A stretch of DNA of 64,000 nucleotides, from NCBI GenBank assembly GCA_038852315.1, contig JAWCKF010000004.1:27265-91264 (forward strand), in the 5' to 3' direction. A program made the translations under genes and the position numbers. Source of the stretch: Thermoplasmata archaeon. Its GTDB lineage: Archaea; Thermoplasmatota; Thermoplasmata; UBA10834. The notes beneath the pieces were generated by a model, which was not told the origin of the DNA, did not search any database, and was given only the letters and a program-made list of their open reading frames with translations. Of this stretch, positions 46,265 to 58,875 are shown one piece after another (the first letter of the stretch is position 1; each line of letters opens with the position of its first letter).

Positions 46265-48586
46265 TCATGCCCCGGCGTCAGATGAGGAGGTTTCAACGCC
46301 GTCGCCGCTCGCCTTCTTCTTCGTCTTCCCAGGGCACGCCATGTTGAGGCACAGCACCCATTGTCCCCTGTTCTGCCTGACGACGGTGACGGTGGGGGCG
46401 CCGCAGACTTCGCACGCTTTTCCGGTTGGCACTATCCTTCCCTGCTGGGGGAGCGGGTACATGACCTTGCATTCGGGGTAGCCCGAGCATCCTGCGAACC
46501 GCTTGCCCCTCTTTGACTGAATCGTCCTGATGTCCTTGCCACACGAGGGACACCTGCCCAGGAACCTTTCTTTCAGGGCCGCCTCGCAACTCGGGTCGAT
46601 GCAGACCACTACAGGCGCCTGGCCCTTGGATACGGTCTTGATCTTGGGTGCGCCGCATTTCTCGCAAATCTCGCCCGTAGGCAGGACGAGCATGCCGTGG
46701 GGAAGCGGATAGGTGTTCTTGCACTCCGGGAAGTTGGAGCATCCCGCGAAGGGGCCGTTCTTGGACCTGACCTGCAGCAGATGCCCCGTCCTGCACTTGG
46801 GGCATGCGCCCAGCGCATGCTGCTCCCTCAGAGCCCTCCTTATTGCGTCCCCGATCTCCTTTCTGTGCCTCTCCAGCACCTCCATTATGTCGTCCAACAT
46901 CGCCTGGCTCTCCTCGACGACATCGGCCTGCTCCAGCTCCCCGTTGGCTATCATGTCCATGTCGCTCTCGAGGTGCGACGTCATCTTCGAGTTCGTGATG
47001 TCCGTCGCATGCTGCTCGAGAGCCTCTATGACCGCTATGCCGCTCTCAGTTGGCTCTATCGTCCTCGTGCCCCTCACGAACCTTCGGTCATACAGCTTCT
47101 GTATCGCCTCGTGCCTTGTGCTCTTCGTGCCCAGGCCCAGCTCCTCCATCTTCTTCACGAGCGAGCCCTGCGTGTATCTCTCAGGAGGCGAGGTCTTCTT
47201 CTCCGTGGAATGGATCCTGAGCACCTCGACCTTGTCACCTTGGACGAGCGCAGGAAGCGCGACCTCCTTCGCCCTGTAGTACGGATAGTACTTCCTCCAT
47301 CCTGGGGAGACTATCAGGTACCCTTCGCTCCTGAAGGGCTCGCCTCCGATGTCCAGCTCGACCTTCGTCGTCCTGGAAATGCAGGGCGGCGCGAGCGTGG
47401 CCAAAAACCTCCTGGTGACCAGCTCGTAGACGGCCCAGCTGCTGCCCTTGAGGTCGGCCTTCGTGGCGGCCTCCACAGGGTGTATCGGTGGATGGTCCGT
47501 CGTGCTCTTCTTCCCGTGCGACGGCCTCAGGACCTCCTGAGCCAGCAGCTCCTCCGCCTCCTTCCCGAACTGTGATTCCCGCAGCTTCTCAAGGATGTGC
47601 CTCAGGCCGAGCGATTGCGGGTAGACTGTGTTGTCCGTCCTGGGATACGAGATGTACCCCGCTGTGTACAGGTCCTCCGCGATCTTCATCGCCTGCGAGG
47701 CCGAGAGGCCCAGCTTGTTGGATTCCATCAGAAAGGTGGTGGTGTTGAACGGTATCGGCGGGTACTCCGTGTTCTCCGTCTCTGTCACAGACTGTACTGT
47801 GGCGCATTCGGCCCTCCTCGCTCTCGAGACGGCTGCGTGCGCCTCGGCCTTGTCGTTGAATCTGCCGTGCGCGTGCGCCGCGTGGAAGGCTTCGCCCTTC
47901 CTGAGGTCTGCCCTGACCTCCCAGTAGGGCGTGGGCACGAACTGCCTTATCTCCCGCTCCCTGTCCACAATGAGGGCGAGAGTGGGACTCTGGACCCTTC
48001 CGACCGACAGGAAGTCCTTGCCCAGCTGGCCTGACGCGAGCGATATGAACCTCGTGAGTGCCGCACCCCATGCGAGGTCTATCAGCTGCCTCGTCTCTGC
48101 AGATGCTGCGAGCCTGTGGTCGAGCTCGGTGAGCTCTGCAAAGGCCTTCTCTATCTCGGCCTTCGTCAGCGCGCTGAACCTTGCCCTCCGGACGTTCTTC
48201 GCGACCTTCGCCTCGGACACTGCCTCTGCGCCTATCAGCTCCCCCTCCCTGTCGAAGTCCGTGGCGACAATCACCTCGTCCGCCCACTCCGCCAACTTCT
48301 TCAGGGCGTTCATTATCTTGCGCGCGCTCGGCTCGACCTTCTTCTCGGGCTTGACGTAGATAAGGTCCTTGGGCGGTATCGAGTCCCAGTTCTTCTGATA
48401 CTCCTCAGGATAGTCCAGTTCGATGATGTGGCCGCGAAGTCCGAGTACGGCGTACTCGTCTCCGTCCCTCGTGAAAGTGAATGTCTGCACACCCTCGACG
48501 GACTTGCTCTTGTGCGTGTTGTTCGACAGGATGAGTGCGATCCTGCGCGCGGCGAGGTTCTTCTCCGATATGATCAGCCGACGCAT
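46265..48586 (-). CDS. topA: DNA topoisomerase I (type IA)
   Basis: LIISEK, ATDFDREGE, SVGRVQSP, catalytic GYISYPRTD, GLGTKSTR and C-terminal zinc ribbons. Confidence 0.97.
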   Translation of the reverse strand: MRRLIISEKNLAARRIALILSNNTHKSKSVEGVQTFTFTRDGDEYAVLGLRGHIIELDYPEEYQKNWDSIPPKDLIYVKPEKKVEPSARKIMNALKKLAEWADEVIVATDFDREGELIGAEAVSEAKVAKNVRRARFSALTKAEIEKAFAELTELDHRLAASAETRQLIDLAWGAALTRFISLASGQLGKDFLSVGRVQSPTLALIVDREREIRQFVPTPYWEVRADLRKGEAFHAAHAHGRFNDKAEAHAAVSRARRAECATVQSVTETENTEYPPIPFNTTTFLMESNKLGLSASQAMKIAEDLYTAGYISYPRTDNTVYPQSLGLRHILEKLRESQFGKEAEELLAQEVLRPSHGKKSTTDHPPIHPVEAATKADLKGSSWAVYELVTRRFLATLAPPCISRTTKVELDIGGEPFRSEGYLIVSPGWRKYYPYYRAKEVALPALVQGDKVEVLRIHSTEKKTSPPERYTQGSLVKKMEELGLGTKSTRHEAIQKLYDRRFVRGTRTIEPTESGIAVIEALEQHATDITNSKMTSHLESDMDMIANGELEQADVVEESQAMLDDIMEVLERHRKEIGDAIRRALREQHALGACPKCRTGHLLQVRSKNGPFAGCSNFPECKNTYPLPHGMLVLPTGEICEKCGAPKIKTVSKGQAPVVVCIDPSCEAALKERFLGRCPSCGKDIRTIQSKRGKRFAGCSGYPECKVMYPLPQQGRIVPTGKACEVCGAPTVTVVRQNRGQWVLCLNMACPGKTKKKASGDGVETSSSDAGA

Positions 48587-48680
48587 CCTCGCTTGGATGA
48601 TTGGGGGCTTATTTAATGATGATGGGGAGTCCTCAGTATGTCGCTGGCGGCGCGTCCAGCGCGCCCAAGGACGCCCTCTC

Positions 48681-51152
<2,472 letters not shown>

Positions 51153-51156
<4 letters not shown>

Positions 51157-51698
51157 ACGTACTCTCCCTTCATCAGCTTGATTATCTTGTAGGGCAAGAG
51201 GTTCCTGTTTATCGGCGTGACCTCGAGGATGCGGACGTCGTCCCTGCGCCTGATGTCCTGGAGGAGGGGGTTCCTGCTCTTCTTGTGCAGCGTGAGTATG
51301 ATGGGCTTGTCGACCTCCATCGCCTCCTCGACGGCCTTGACGAACTTCTCGGACTCGACCTCCATCTTGCCGACCTCGTCTATCACGATGACATCAGCAT
51401 TCTTGCTCGCATCGATCAGGGCCTCGACCCCGACGGTGTCGAGGCTCTCGAGGTTGACGCCGTACTTGCCGACATAGAACTTGGATTCCGTGTCGACGTG
51501 CGCGAACACTGCCTTGCGCTTCGTGCGCCAATCCATCACGTAGAAGCCGACCCTCTTGCCGTCCTCCATGATGGGCTCGGTCACCATGCCCCCGACGACG
51601 AGGTTCTCCTCCTCGAGCATCTCGATGACCTTGACGAGTGCCTGGGTCTTTCCTGCGCCCGGCAGACCTGTGATACCTACCTTGATCCCCCTCGTCAT
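51153..51698 (-). CDS. Nucleoside-triphosphatase (THEP1/NTPase_1)
   Basis: ITGLPGAGKT, VGKYGVN and IDEVGKME motifs. Confidence 0.93.
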
Positions 51699-51797
51699 CG
51701 TCTCACCGGGCAGCCAGACAAACGATACCTGTATGGCTTTCCAAATATATAATGCATATCATAAATCTTATCTCCCGGGCGATCCCCCACCGACGCT

Positions 51798-52166
51798 TCA
51801 TCGCTCCACCGTAATCTCCTCTATGTACATCAGGGGATACCGCATCTCCTTGATGTACCTCATGGAGGCCTTCACGCGGGCCGACCTGTATCTCACCACC
51901 ATGTCGACATCGAGCATGTCGCCGGTGAGCGATACGTAGTCGTACCTTCCCCGCTTCGGGCGAAGCTTCGACCTGTCTATGCGGACTTTGACGGATTCCA
52001 CGAACGGCTGGACGCCGCATCCGGCCTCTATGGCCCTCTCGAGGGTCCCGACGTTGTCCGGGCTGAGAGGCACGCCGACGAACTGATGATATATGGTGCC
52101 CATCTTTATCCCGGCCTCGAACGCGGCGCGCTCGCTGTCCGAGCATGCGAAGTAGCTGTCAGCCGT
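51798..52166 (-). CDS. mptD: Dihydroneopterin aldolase, MptD (DUF381) family
   Basis: YF..SDSERAAFEAGIKMGTIYHQFVG.P, QPFV, YVSL.G.ML and YPLMYI motifs. Conserved N-terminal motif lies upstream of the first ATG (52103); start proposed at ACG 52166. Confidence 0.85.
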   Translation of the reverse strand, partial: TADSYFACSDSERAAFEAGIKMGTIYHQFVGVPLSPDNVGTLERAIEAGCGVQPFVESVKVRIDRSKLRPKRGRYDYVSLTGDMLDVDMVVRYRSARVKASMRYIKEMRYPLMYIEEITVER

Positions 52167-52926
52167 GGCTTCCCTTGACCTTCTCGTAGAGCGGACCCCC
52201 GAAAACGTACACCGCTGTCATTGCCAGCGCGACGGCTGTGGCGGTACGTGAGGATGCTCTATATAAGTCTTGGTCGCCCACAATGGCCAGGCCAGCCATG
52301 TATGGGATAAGGGCGGCCAGGACGGCCATAGCGCTCGCCGTAGCCATCCATCCCTTTGGTTTCGGGTAAGGTATCTCCGAGGCCATGAGATAGCTCGACA
52401 GGAAGCCGATGCCCATGACTGCGGGGAGCGAGCTCTGCAGTGGGAAGTAGTACACCCCGCCTTCGGCTCCGTTGTCGGCGCCGAACAGCAGGCAGGTCAG
52501 CAGTATCAGCAGGGCGGCGGCGGGCGCGGGCATGCCGACGAAGTAGGTCAACTGATAACCACCAGCGCTGAACCTGGCTAGCCTGAAAAGGCCGGTCGCG
52601 ATGATGGCCACCGAGCACGCGAGCACGAGCCAGTACTCGAGCGTTCCGTCGGAGGGGCCACGGAACTCGGCGTACACCAGGAGCGCTGGTGCGAAGGCGA
52701 ACGATATCGAATCCGATATGGAGTCCAGCACCTGCCCCATCGAGTGTCTGCTCCCGTACCTTCTTGCGAGCAGTCCGTCCAGGCCGTCCATCACCAGGGA
52801 GAGCATCAGCAGCCCCGTGGCGCTGAGGTACTTCTCGTCCAAGATGTAGGTTATCGCCACGAAGCCAATGACGCCGTTCGCCAGCGTGAAGAGGTCTCCA
52901 ACCGAGATTCTACTCCAGGCGGCCAT
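52159..52926 (-). CDS. pssA: Archaetidylserine synthase (CDP-alcohol phosphatidyltransferase)
   Basis: DGLDGLLARR...G..LDSISD..SF, RLARF and F.GMP.P motifs. Confidence 0.9.
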   Translation of the reverse strand: MAAWSRISVGDLFTLANGVIGFVAITYILDEKYLSATGLLMLSLVMDGLDGLLARRYGSRHSMGQVLDSISDSISFAFAPALLVYAEFRGPSDGTLEYWLVLACSVAIIATGLFRLARFSAGGYQLTYFVGMPAPAAALLILLTCLLFGADNGAEGGVYYFPLQSSLPAVMGIGFLSSYLMASEIPYPKPKGWMATASAMAVLAALIPYMAGLAIVGDQDLYRASSRTATAVALAMTAVYVFGGPLYEKVKGSHG

Positions 52927-53509
52927 CGCGAACCTCCGCGATACTCGTCGAGCCCGCCCTGAGCCGATCTCCCTTCGAAACCAGTATCACAACCCGGTCG
53001 GGCGGTAGGTGGAGGTCGACCCTTGAGCCGAAGCGTATCAGGCCGAGCTTCTCCCCCTTGAGCACGCGCTGGCCCTCGCGGACGTAAGGGACTATCCTCC
53101 TGGCTATCGCTCCCGTCATCTGGACGATCGATACGCGGCCGATCGGTGTCCTCAGCACGATTTCCAGCCTCTCGTTGGCCGGGGTCCTGGGGGAGAACGC
53201 GGGCGCGTGCCCTCCGCGGCGCAGCTCCCGCTTCTCTATGAGACCCTCAATCGGAGCGCGTGTCACATGGACGTTCCTCAGGGAGAGGTATGTGGATATC
53301 AGTCCGCCTCCCTGGTCCACATCTCGGACGACCCCGTCAGCAGGCGCGACTATGTGGGGCCCTATCTGCCTTCGAGGGTCCCTGAAAACCAGCAGGAAGA
53401 GGACTGCCAAGGCGCCGAGAGCAGCAGACACGAGAGGCACGAACGGCAGCGCTGCGAGAGCGCCAACCGCGCTCAGCGCGAAGAAAACCCTACCGCCCTT
53501 GGCTATCAT
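52910..53509 (-). CDS. psd: Archaetidylserine/phosphatidylserine decarboxylase
   Basis: FRDP.R, APADG, NVHVTRAP, NER, ARRI and FGSRVD pyruvoyl cleavage motif. Confidence 0.92.
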   Translation of the reverse strand: MIAKGGRVFFALSAVGALAALPFVPLVSAALGALAVLFLLVFRDPRRQIGPHIVAPADGVVRDVDQGGGLISTYLSLRNVHVTRAPIEGLIEKRELRRGGHAPAFSPRTPANERLEIVLRTPIGRVSIVQMTGAIARRIVPYVREGQRVLKGEKLGLIRFGSRVDLHLPPDRVVILVSKGDRLRAGSTSIAEVRDGRLE

Positions 53510-53550
53510 GCATCACACCCTCAGACGCCGCTCATCGCGGCTGCAAGAAC

Positions 53551-54201
53551 CTACCTGAGCAACAGCTTCGCGTCGACTACGACCAGCCCCTTCTCCTTCA
53601 CGAAAACCGGGTTCAGGTCCATCTCGGCTATCTTGTCCATGTATCTCTCCCCGAGCGCGGAGACCTTCATCAGCAGGTTCACTATGGCCTCCCGGTCCAC
53701 CTTGATCTTCCTGAACCCCTCGAGTATCGGGGCAGCCTTGATCTCCCTCAGCATCTCCTCGGCGTCCTCTCTCTTAATGGGGACTATCCTGAAGGTGACG
53801 TCCTTGTAGACCTCCGTGTAGATGCCCCCGAGGCCGAACATGATCGTCAGGCCGAAAGTCGCATCGTTTATCAGTCCGACTATGACCTCCACACGCCTGT
53901 CCTGCATCGACTCCACGAGTATCAGGTTCTGCGGGAACCTGGACTTCATCTTCTGGAACTCCGCCTCCAGCTCATCCCTGCCGACGTCGAGCATGACGCC
54001 TCCGACATCGGTCTTGTGGAGTATGTCCGGGGAACAGACCTTCAGCACGACGGGGAACTTGAGCTTCTTCTGGTCTATCTGAGAAAACTCGCTAACGACC
54101 TGGAAATCAGTGGTGGGTATCCCCGCCTCCCTCAAGAACTCCTTCACTTCGTTCTCCGCGAGCGCCTTTCGTCCCTCCTTGAGGACGGATTCGAGGATCA
54201 T
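53551..54201 (-). CDS. ADP-forming acyl-CoA synthetase (ACD) beta subunit, ATP-grasp
   Basis: FPVVLK..SPDILHKTDVGGV, FGLGGIYTEVYKDV and EMDLNPV...VVDA motifs. Confidence 0.9.
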   Translation of the reverse strand: MILESVLKEGRKALAENEVKEFLREAGIPTTDFQVVSEFSQIDQKKLKFPVVLKVCSPDILHKTDVGGVMLDVGRDELEAEFQKMKSRFPQNLILVESMQDRRVEVIVGLINDATFGLTIMFGLGGIYTEVYKDVTFRIVPIKREDAEEMLREIKAAPILEGFRKIKVDREAIVNLLMKVSALGERYMDKIAEMDLNPVFVKEKGLVVVDAKLLLR

Positions 54202-54238
54202 CGGGTCAGCTCCATGCCGCCGAATGATGTCGCCATGC

Positions 54239-54820
54239 TTAACCCTTGCTCCTCTTCTCGGAGACCTCGTGCGCCAGCTGAACCCCGAGTTTGAGCGCCG
54301 ACCTGTTGAGGTCGTGTGTGGCGGGAGGCACGGATTCAAGGAGCGCTTTCTCGAGTGCCTCCGCCGAAACGAGTCTGGAGATCTCCCTGAACGCCCCGAG
54401 CATGACGACGTTCGCGACGATCCTGGTGCCTATGTTGGTCTCGGCAGCCTTCGTGGCGGGGATGGGGTAAACGTCGCCTTTCGGCCTTTCGAGCACGAGG
54501 TCAGGGTCGATCAGTATCTTGGTCTCTGGCTTTCGCTCGTGGATGTACTTCGCGTACGCCTGGTTGGACATGACCACGAGGTAGTCTGGAACCTCGATGA
54601 AGGGATAGAGCATCTCGCCATCGGATATCTTCACGTCGCACTTGGAGTGCCCGCCCCTGGCAGACGGCCCGTAGGACTGTGTCTGTATCGCGCTCTTCCT
54701 CCGGACCTTGCCGTCCTCCCCTATCCACGTGTCGTACAGCGCGGCCGCACGCGCCAGGACTATCCCCATGAGTATGATGCCCTGGCCACCGAACCCGCAG
54801 AACCTCACCTGGCTATCCGT
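54239..54820 (-). CDS. korC: 2-oxoacid:ferredoxin oxidoreductase gamma subunit
   Basis: RFCGFGGQG, QSYGPSARGG and NVVMLGA motifs. Start ACG 54820 proposed; GTG 54808 is the alternative. Confidence 0.88.
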   Translation of the reverse strand, partial: TDSQVRFCGFGGQGIILMGIVLARAAALYDTWIGEDGKVRRKSAIQTQSYGPSARGGHSKCDVKISDGEMLYPFIEVPDYLVVMSNQAYAKYIHERKPETKILIDPDLVLERPKGDVYPIPATKAAETNIGTRIVANVVMLGAFREISRLVSAEALEKALLESVPPATHDLNRSALKLGVQLAHEVSEKRSKG

Positions 54821-55622
54821 GCTTCCTCACCCCCATCAGCTCCTCGAAGCACTCGCGGTCGCGGCTGACGAACTCGCCAACGGTGATCTTGTTCTCGATG
54901 TTCAGGTCGACGTGGTCCACGGCCTCTGCTCTCGCCTTGTCCCTTCTCACCGAGCTCTGCCTGAACCACTCGAGCATCTGCGAGGGGTCCGCCATCCTGT
55001 TCCTCCTTCCGAAATTGGTCGGGCACTGTGAGACGACCTCCACGAAGCTGAAACCCTTCTTCTCAAGTGCGGCCTTGATCGACCTTGTCAGCTCGTGAAC
55101 GTGTCTCGTGGTCCATCGGGCGACATAGTTGGCGCCCGCCGCGACGGCTATCTCCGCGAGGTCGAACGGGTATTCCTTGTTCCCGTGAGGCGTCGTGGTC
55201 GAAAGGAGCCCGTGCGGCGTCGTTATGGATGCTTGGCCGCCCGTCATCCCGTAGATGTTGTTGTTGATGCAGATGACCGTGAGATCGACGTTCCTCCTGC
55301 AGCCGTTTATGAAGTGGTTGCCGCCGATGGCACCCAGGTCGCCGTCGCCCGTGAACACCACAACCATAAGGTCTGGGTTGGCCAGCTTCAGCCCCGTTGC
55401 GAAGGCGATCGCCCTCCCGTGAGTGGTGTGGAGAGCGTCAGAATTGATGTAGAGCGGTATCCTGGAGGAGCATCCGATCCCCCCAACGAAGGCCGTGCGC
55501 TCGAGCTGCAGCCCCAGCTCGTTGAAGGCCCTGTAGAAGCAGTTCATGACCGTACCGTTGCCACAGCCAGGGCAGAAGACGTGCGGCCACCGATCCTTCC
55601 TGTAGAACTCGAACAGCTCCAT
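54813..55622 (-). CDS. korB: 2-oxoacid:ferredoxin oxidoreductase beta subunit
   Basis: FCPGCG, GIGCS, HGRA, GDGD...NN and YGMTGGQ motifs. Confidence 0.93.
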   Translation of the reverse strand: MELFEFYRKDRWPHVFCPGCGNGTVMNCFYRAFNELGLQLERTAFVGGIGCSSRIPLYINSDALHTTHGRAIAFATGLKLANPDLMVVVFTGDGDLGAIGGNHFINGCRRNVDLTVICINNNIYGMTGGQASITTPHGLLSTTTPHGNKEYPFDLAEIAVAAGANYVARWTTRHVHELTRSIKAALEKKGFSFVEVVSQCPTNFGRRNRMADPSQMLEWFRQSSVRRDKARAEAVDHVDLNIENKITVGEFVSRDRECFEELMGVRKHG

Positions 55623-56752
55623 CAGATGGCCCCCATCTCCCTGAGCTTGTGCCTGAACTCGCTTGGCGTGGGCGGGTCGCCGCCGATCTTCGAGAGCAGC
55701 TCCACGCGCCTGCAGCCGTTCTCCAGTGCGACCCTCTTGATCTCGTTGTACATCATGCCCAGATTCATCTCGCTAACCAGTATGCGCTGAGACTCCCTCG
55801 CGACCTCCGCCACGGGTTCCTCGGGGAAGGGCCAGAGGCTCTTGAGCCTGAGGAGGCCGACCCTCGCATCCTTGCTGGCCACCTCCATAGCTCCCAGCGC
55901 AGCGGACCCGTAGGAGACAATCATCGTCTTGGATCCGGGCGAAACTACATCCCACTTGTTGATGTCCTTGCGGTTCCTGACTATCTTCTCCGACAGTCTC
56001 TTCACCAGCTCCTGGTGTACCTTCGGGTCCTCGGGCTCTATGGTGGCCGCGTCAGTATGCGTCATGCCCGTGACCATCGCCTTGTGACCCCGTCCGAACA
56101 CGGGGAACGGCCGCACTAGCTCGTCAGGAACGTCGTATGCCTCATCCGTCCTCTTTATGCCCTTCTCCTTCCTCTCTATGACCTTCACCTTCTCGGGGAC
56201 ACGCAACAGTCCCCTCATGTGGCCGATCTCGGCATCCGAAAGCAGGAACGCAGGCACTCTGTACTTCTCCGCGTAGTTGAAACACTCGACCGTCAGATCG
56301 AACATCTCCTGCACGGACGCGGGAGCGAAGGCGATCACCTGATAGTCTCCGTGAGCACCATACTTGGTTTGCATCACGTCACCCTGGGACGCCCTGGTCG
56401 GCTGCCCGGTGGAAGGCCCGCCCCTCATGACGTTGACGACCACGATGGGTGTTTCCGACATCACGGCGTAGCCGATGGATTCCTGCATGAGCGAGAAGCC
56501 CGGTCCCGACGTCGCCGTCATCGACTTGACCCCAGCCCAGGACGCCCCTATGACGGCTGATATGCAAGCGATCTCGTCCTCCATCTGCAGGAAGACCCCG
56601 TCCTGACCTGTTAGCACCTGCGCCAGCCCCTCCGCGACCTCCGTGGAGGGCGTTATCGGATATCCAGCGAAGAAACGGACGCCGGCTACTAGGGCGCCCT
56701 TCACGCATGCCTCGTTACCCTGGACGAAGTACTCCCCTGGAGGCACCCTCAT
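55622..56752 (-). CDS. korA: 2-oxoacid:ferredoxin oxidoreductase alpha subunit
   Basis: GYPITPSTE, QMEDE, TATSGPG, RGGPSTG and EMNLG motifs. Confidence 0.93.
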   Translation of the reverse strand: MRVPPGEYFVQGNEACVKGALVAGVRFFAGYPITPSTEVAEGLAQVLTGQDGVFLQMEDEIACISAVIGASWAGVKSMTATSGPGFSLMQESIGYAVMSETPIVVVNVMRGGPSTGQPTRASQGDVMQTKYGAHGDYQVIAFAPASVQEMFDLTVECFNYAEKYRVPAFLLSDAEIGHMRGLLRVPEKVKVIERKEKGIKRTDEAYDVPDELVRPFPVFGRGHKAMVTGMTHTDAATIEPEDPKVHQELVKRLSEKIVRNRKDINKWDVVSPGSKTMIVSYGSAALGAMEVASKDARVGLLRLKSLWPFPEEPVAEVARESQRILVSEMNLGMMYNEIKRVALENGCRRVELLSKIGGDPPTPSEFRHKLREMGAI

Positions 56753-56997
56753 CGCTTCTTCTCCTCCTCCGTCTCCTCGCGCCATGATATCGCCTGGTCC
56801 GGGCAGCTTAGTACGCACAGCTCGCACACGAGCCTACCGACCCTGTTGTGGTTGTAGCATTTCTCGGGCGAACTCACGACGGCCGTGAAGTAGCCCGCTT
56901 CCAGAATCTCCGTGCCCTTGGTGTAGCACTTCTTAGGACAGATGTACACGCAGATGTTGCAACCCTTGCACAGCCTCGGGTCGATGACTGGCTTCAT
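56749..56997 (-). CDS. korD: Ferredoxin-like delta subunit of 2-oxoacid oxidoreductase
   Basis: CKGCNICVYICP and C...CELCVLSCPD motifs. Confidence 0.9.
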   Translation of the reverse strand: MKPVIDPRLCKGCNICVYICPKKCYTKGTEILEAGYFTAVVSSPEKCYNHNRVGRLVCELCVLSCPDQAISWREETEEEKKR

Positions 56998-57192
56998 CTG
57001 GTTTCTCGGATGCCATCCTTTGGACGATATTTGAATCTATTTGAGCTAATGAAAACCGTTTGATTGCGCCTGGCGGTGTGACACCCGATGTTGGTCATTC
57101 AGCTGAGAATCGTCATGAAGTCAGGTCATTCGACCATCGTGGGCCCTGCGGGATCCAGCAGGCGTTTGTGACAAAGGATTAATACGGTCCCA

Positions 57193-58119
57193 TTGATAAC
57201 GCGGCACGAGAGCTTGGAAGAGCTTGGGAAGGAGATAAGGCGGCTGAAGGCGGAGAGAAAGGCCATCATCCTGGGCCACAACTACCAGCGCAAGGAGGTC
57301 CAGGAGGTCTCTGACTTCCTGGGCGATTCCTACGGGCTGTCCGTGCAAGCGTCGAAGACCGACGCGAAGGTGATCGTGTTCTGCGGCGTCGACTTCATGG
57401 CCGAGTCCGCGAAGATACTCAATCCTGACAAGACCGTCCTGCACCCGAACCCCAGCGCGAAGTGCCCGATGGCCGCGATGGTGGATGCCAAGTCGTTGAG
57501 GGACCTGAAAGCCGAGCATCCAGGGGCCCCCGTTGTATCGTACGTCAACACAACCGCGGATGTGAAGGCCGAGAGCGACATATGCTGCACGTCCGCCAAC
57601 GCAGTCAAGATCGTCCAATCCCTTCCGGACAAGAAGGTGATATTCGTCCCTGACACCAACCTTGGCCTCTATGTGCAGAGGTTCGTGAAGGACAAGGAGC
57701 TGATACTGTGGCCAGGCTACTGCCCCACGCACGTCAACATCAAGCTCGAGGACCTCAGGAGGCTCAAGGAGGAGCACCCGGCTGCCGAGGTGCTGGTCCA
57801 CCCTGAGTGCACGCCCGACGTCATCGACTTCGCCGATTTCGCCTACTCCACCGAAGGCATCATCAACCATGTCGTGAGATCGAAGAAGAAGGAGTTCATC
57901 ATCGGCACAGAGTCGAACATGCTCCACAGGCTCCGCAAGGAGGCTCCTGGGAAGATCTTCTACGAGGTGCCCAACGCCACATGCCCGAACATGAGGGAGA
58001 TCACGCTGGAGGATGTCAGGGACTCGCTCGTCAAGATGAGGTACAGGGTCGACCTGCCAGAGGACATCATCAGGCGCGCGAGGCTGCCGCTCGAGCGCAT
58101 GATATCCGTTGGAAGATAG
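57193..58119 (+). CDS. nadA: Quinolinate synthase
   Basis: HNYQ, GDS, FCGV.FMAE, CPMA, YVNT, CPTH, HPEC and CPNM motifs. Confidence 0.96.
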   Translation: MITRHESLEELGKEIRRLKAERKAIILGHNYQRKEVQEVSDFLGDSYGLSVQASKTDAKVIVFCGVDFMAESAKILNPDKTVLHPNPSAKCPMAAMVDAKSLRDLKAEHPGAPVVSYVNTTADVKAESDICCTSANAVKIVQSLPDKKVIFVPDTNLGLYVQRFVKDKELILWPGYCPTHVNIKLEDLRRLKEEHPAAEVLVHPECTPDVIDFADFAYSTEGIINHVVRSKKKEFIIGTESNMLHRLRKEAPGKIFYEVPNATCPNMREITLEDVRDSLVKMRYRVDLPEDIIRRARLPLERMISVGR

Positions 58120-58140
58120 CAGATGGTGTTGACGCAGCCG

Positions 58141-58779
58141 CTACCTCGCGAGCTCCGTGGCAGGCCCGTAGATGAAGTACGCCCCGAAGACCACCATCAC
58201 GAGGCCGCAGGCGACGAAGACCACCTTCTGCACGAGCGGGGTCCAGAGATGCCGCGTCCTGAAGACCGTGAAGGCCGTCAACGAGTACCACGCCAGGTCG
58301 CAGCTCCAGTGGACCACGGCGAAGACAACCACGACGAGCGCACCGAACTGCTGGGCGTTCATGATCAGGAAAAGGCCCACTGTCGCCCACCAGAAGAAGA
58401 AGTACGGGTTCGCGGAGGTCGTGATTGCTCCCGTCACCACGGAGCCGTACGGGAGCATCTCCTGGCCCTCCGCGGCCGCCGTCCTGGTCGAAAGGATCAT
58501 CGACGCCCCCAAGAATATCAGCAGGGCGCCGCCGACGAGTCCGATGCCCATCCTCACAACGGGGTCCTGGAAGAAGTACCCCAGGCTCAGGACTATGAGG
58601 GCCATCAGCGGGAACTCGACGAGGCCGTGGCCCAGGGCGATCTTCACGCCGGCGGTCTTGTCCCCGAACCCCTTTGCTATCGTGGCAGCGAAGACAGGTC
58701 CTGGCGTCATTACTCCTGAGAGAGATATGACCACCGTCAGGCCGAAGAACACCCAGATGTTGTCCACGAGGTCCTGCAA
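58141..58779 (-). CDS. LysE-family translocator
   Basis: SLSGVMTPGP, GHGLVE, SANPYFFFWW and HWSCDLAW motifs; TTG at 58779 about 25 nt after TTTTATA. Confidence 0.85.
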   Translation of the reverse strand: MQDLVDNIWVFFGLTVVISLSGVMTPGPVFAATIAKGFGDKTAGVKIALGHGLVEFPLMALIVLSLGYFFQDPVVRMGIGLVGGALLIFLGASMILSTRTAAAEGQEMLPYGSVVTGAITTSANPYFFFWWATVGLFLIMNAQQFGALVVVVFAVVHWSCDLAWYSLTAFTVFRTRHLWTPLVQKVVFVACGLVMVVFGAYFIYGPATELAR

Positions 58780-58875
58780 GGCGGTTGTAAGAGCGCACGA
58801 CGGTATAAAAACGGATTGCCTCAGCAGTCGGGATTGGCGCAGTTCCCCTAAAATAAGCGATTGATGATGCACGTG

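Noticed and set aside
48610-48680. Isolated C-box-like motifs (ATGATGA 48616; also near 200 on minus, 37357 and 57100-57130)
   Set aside because: No correctly spaced D/D' boxes with 10-12 nt guides; several coincide with promoters.
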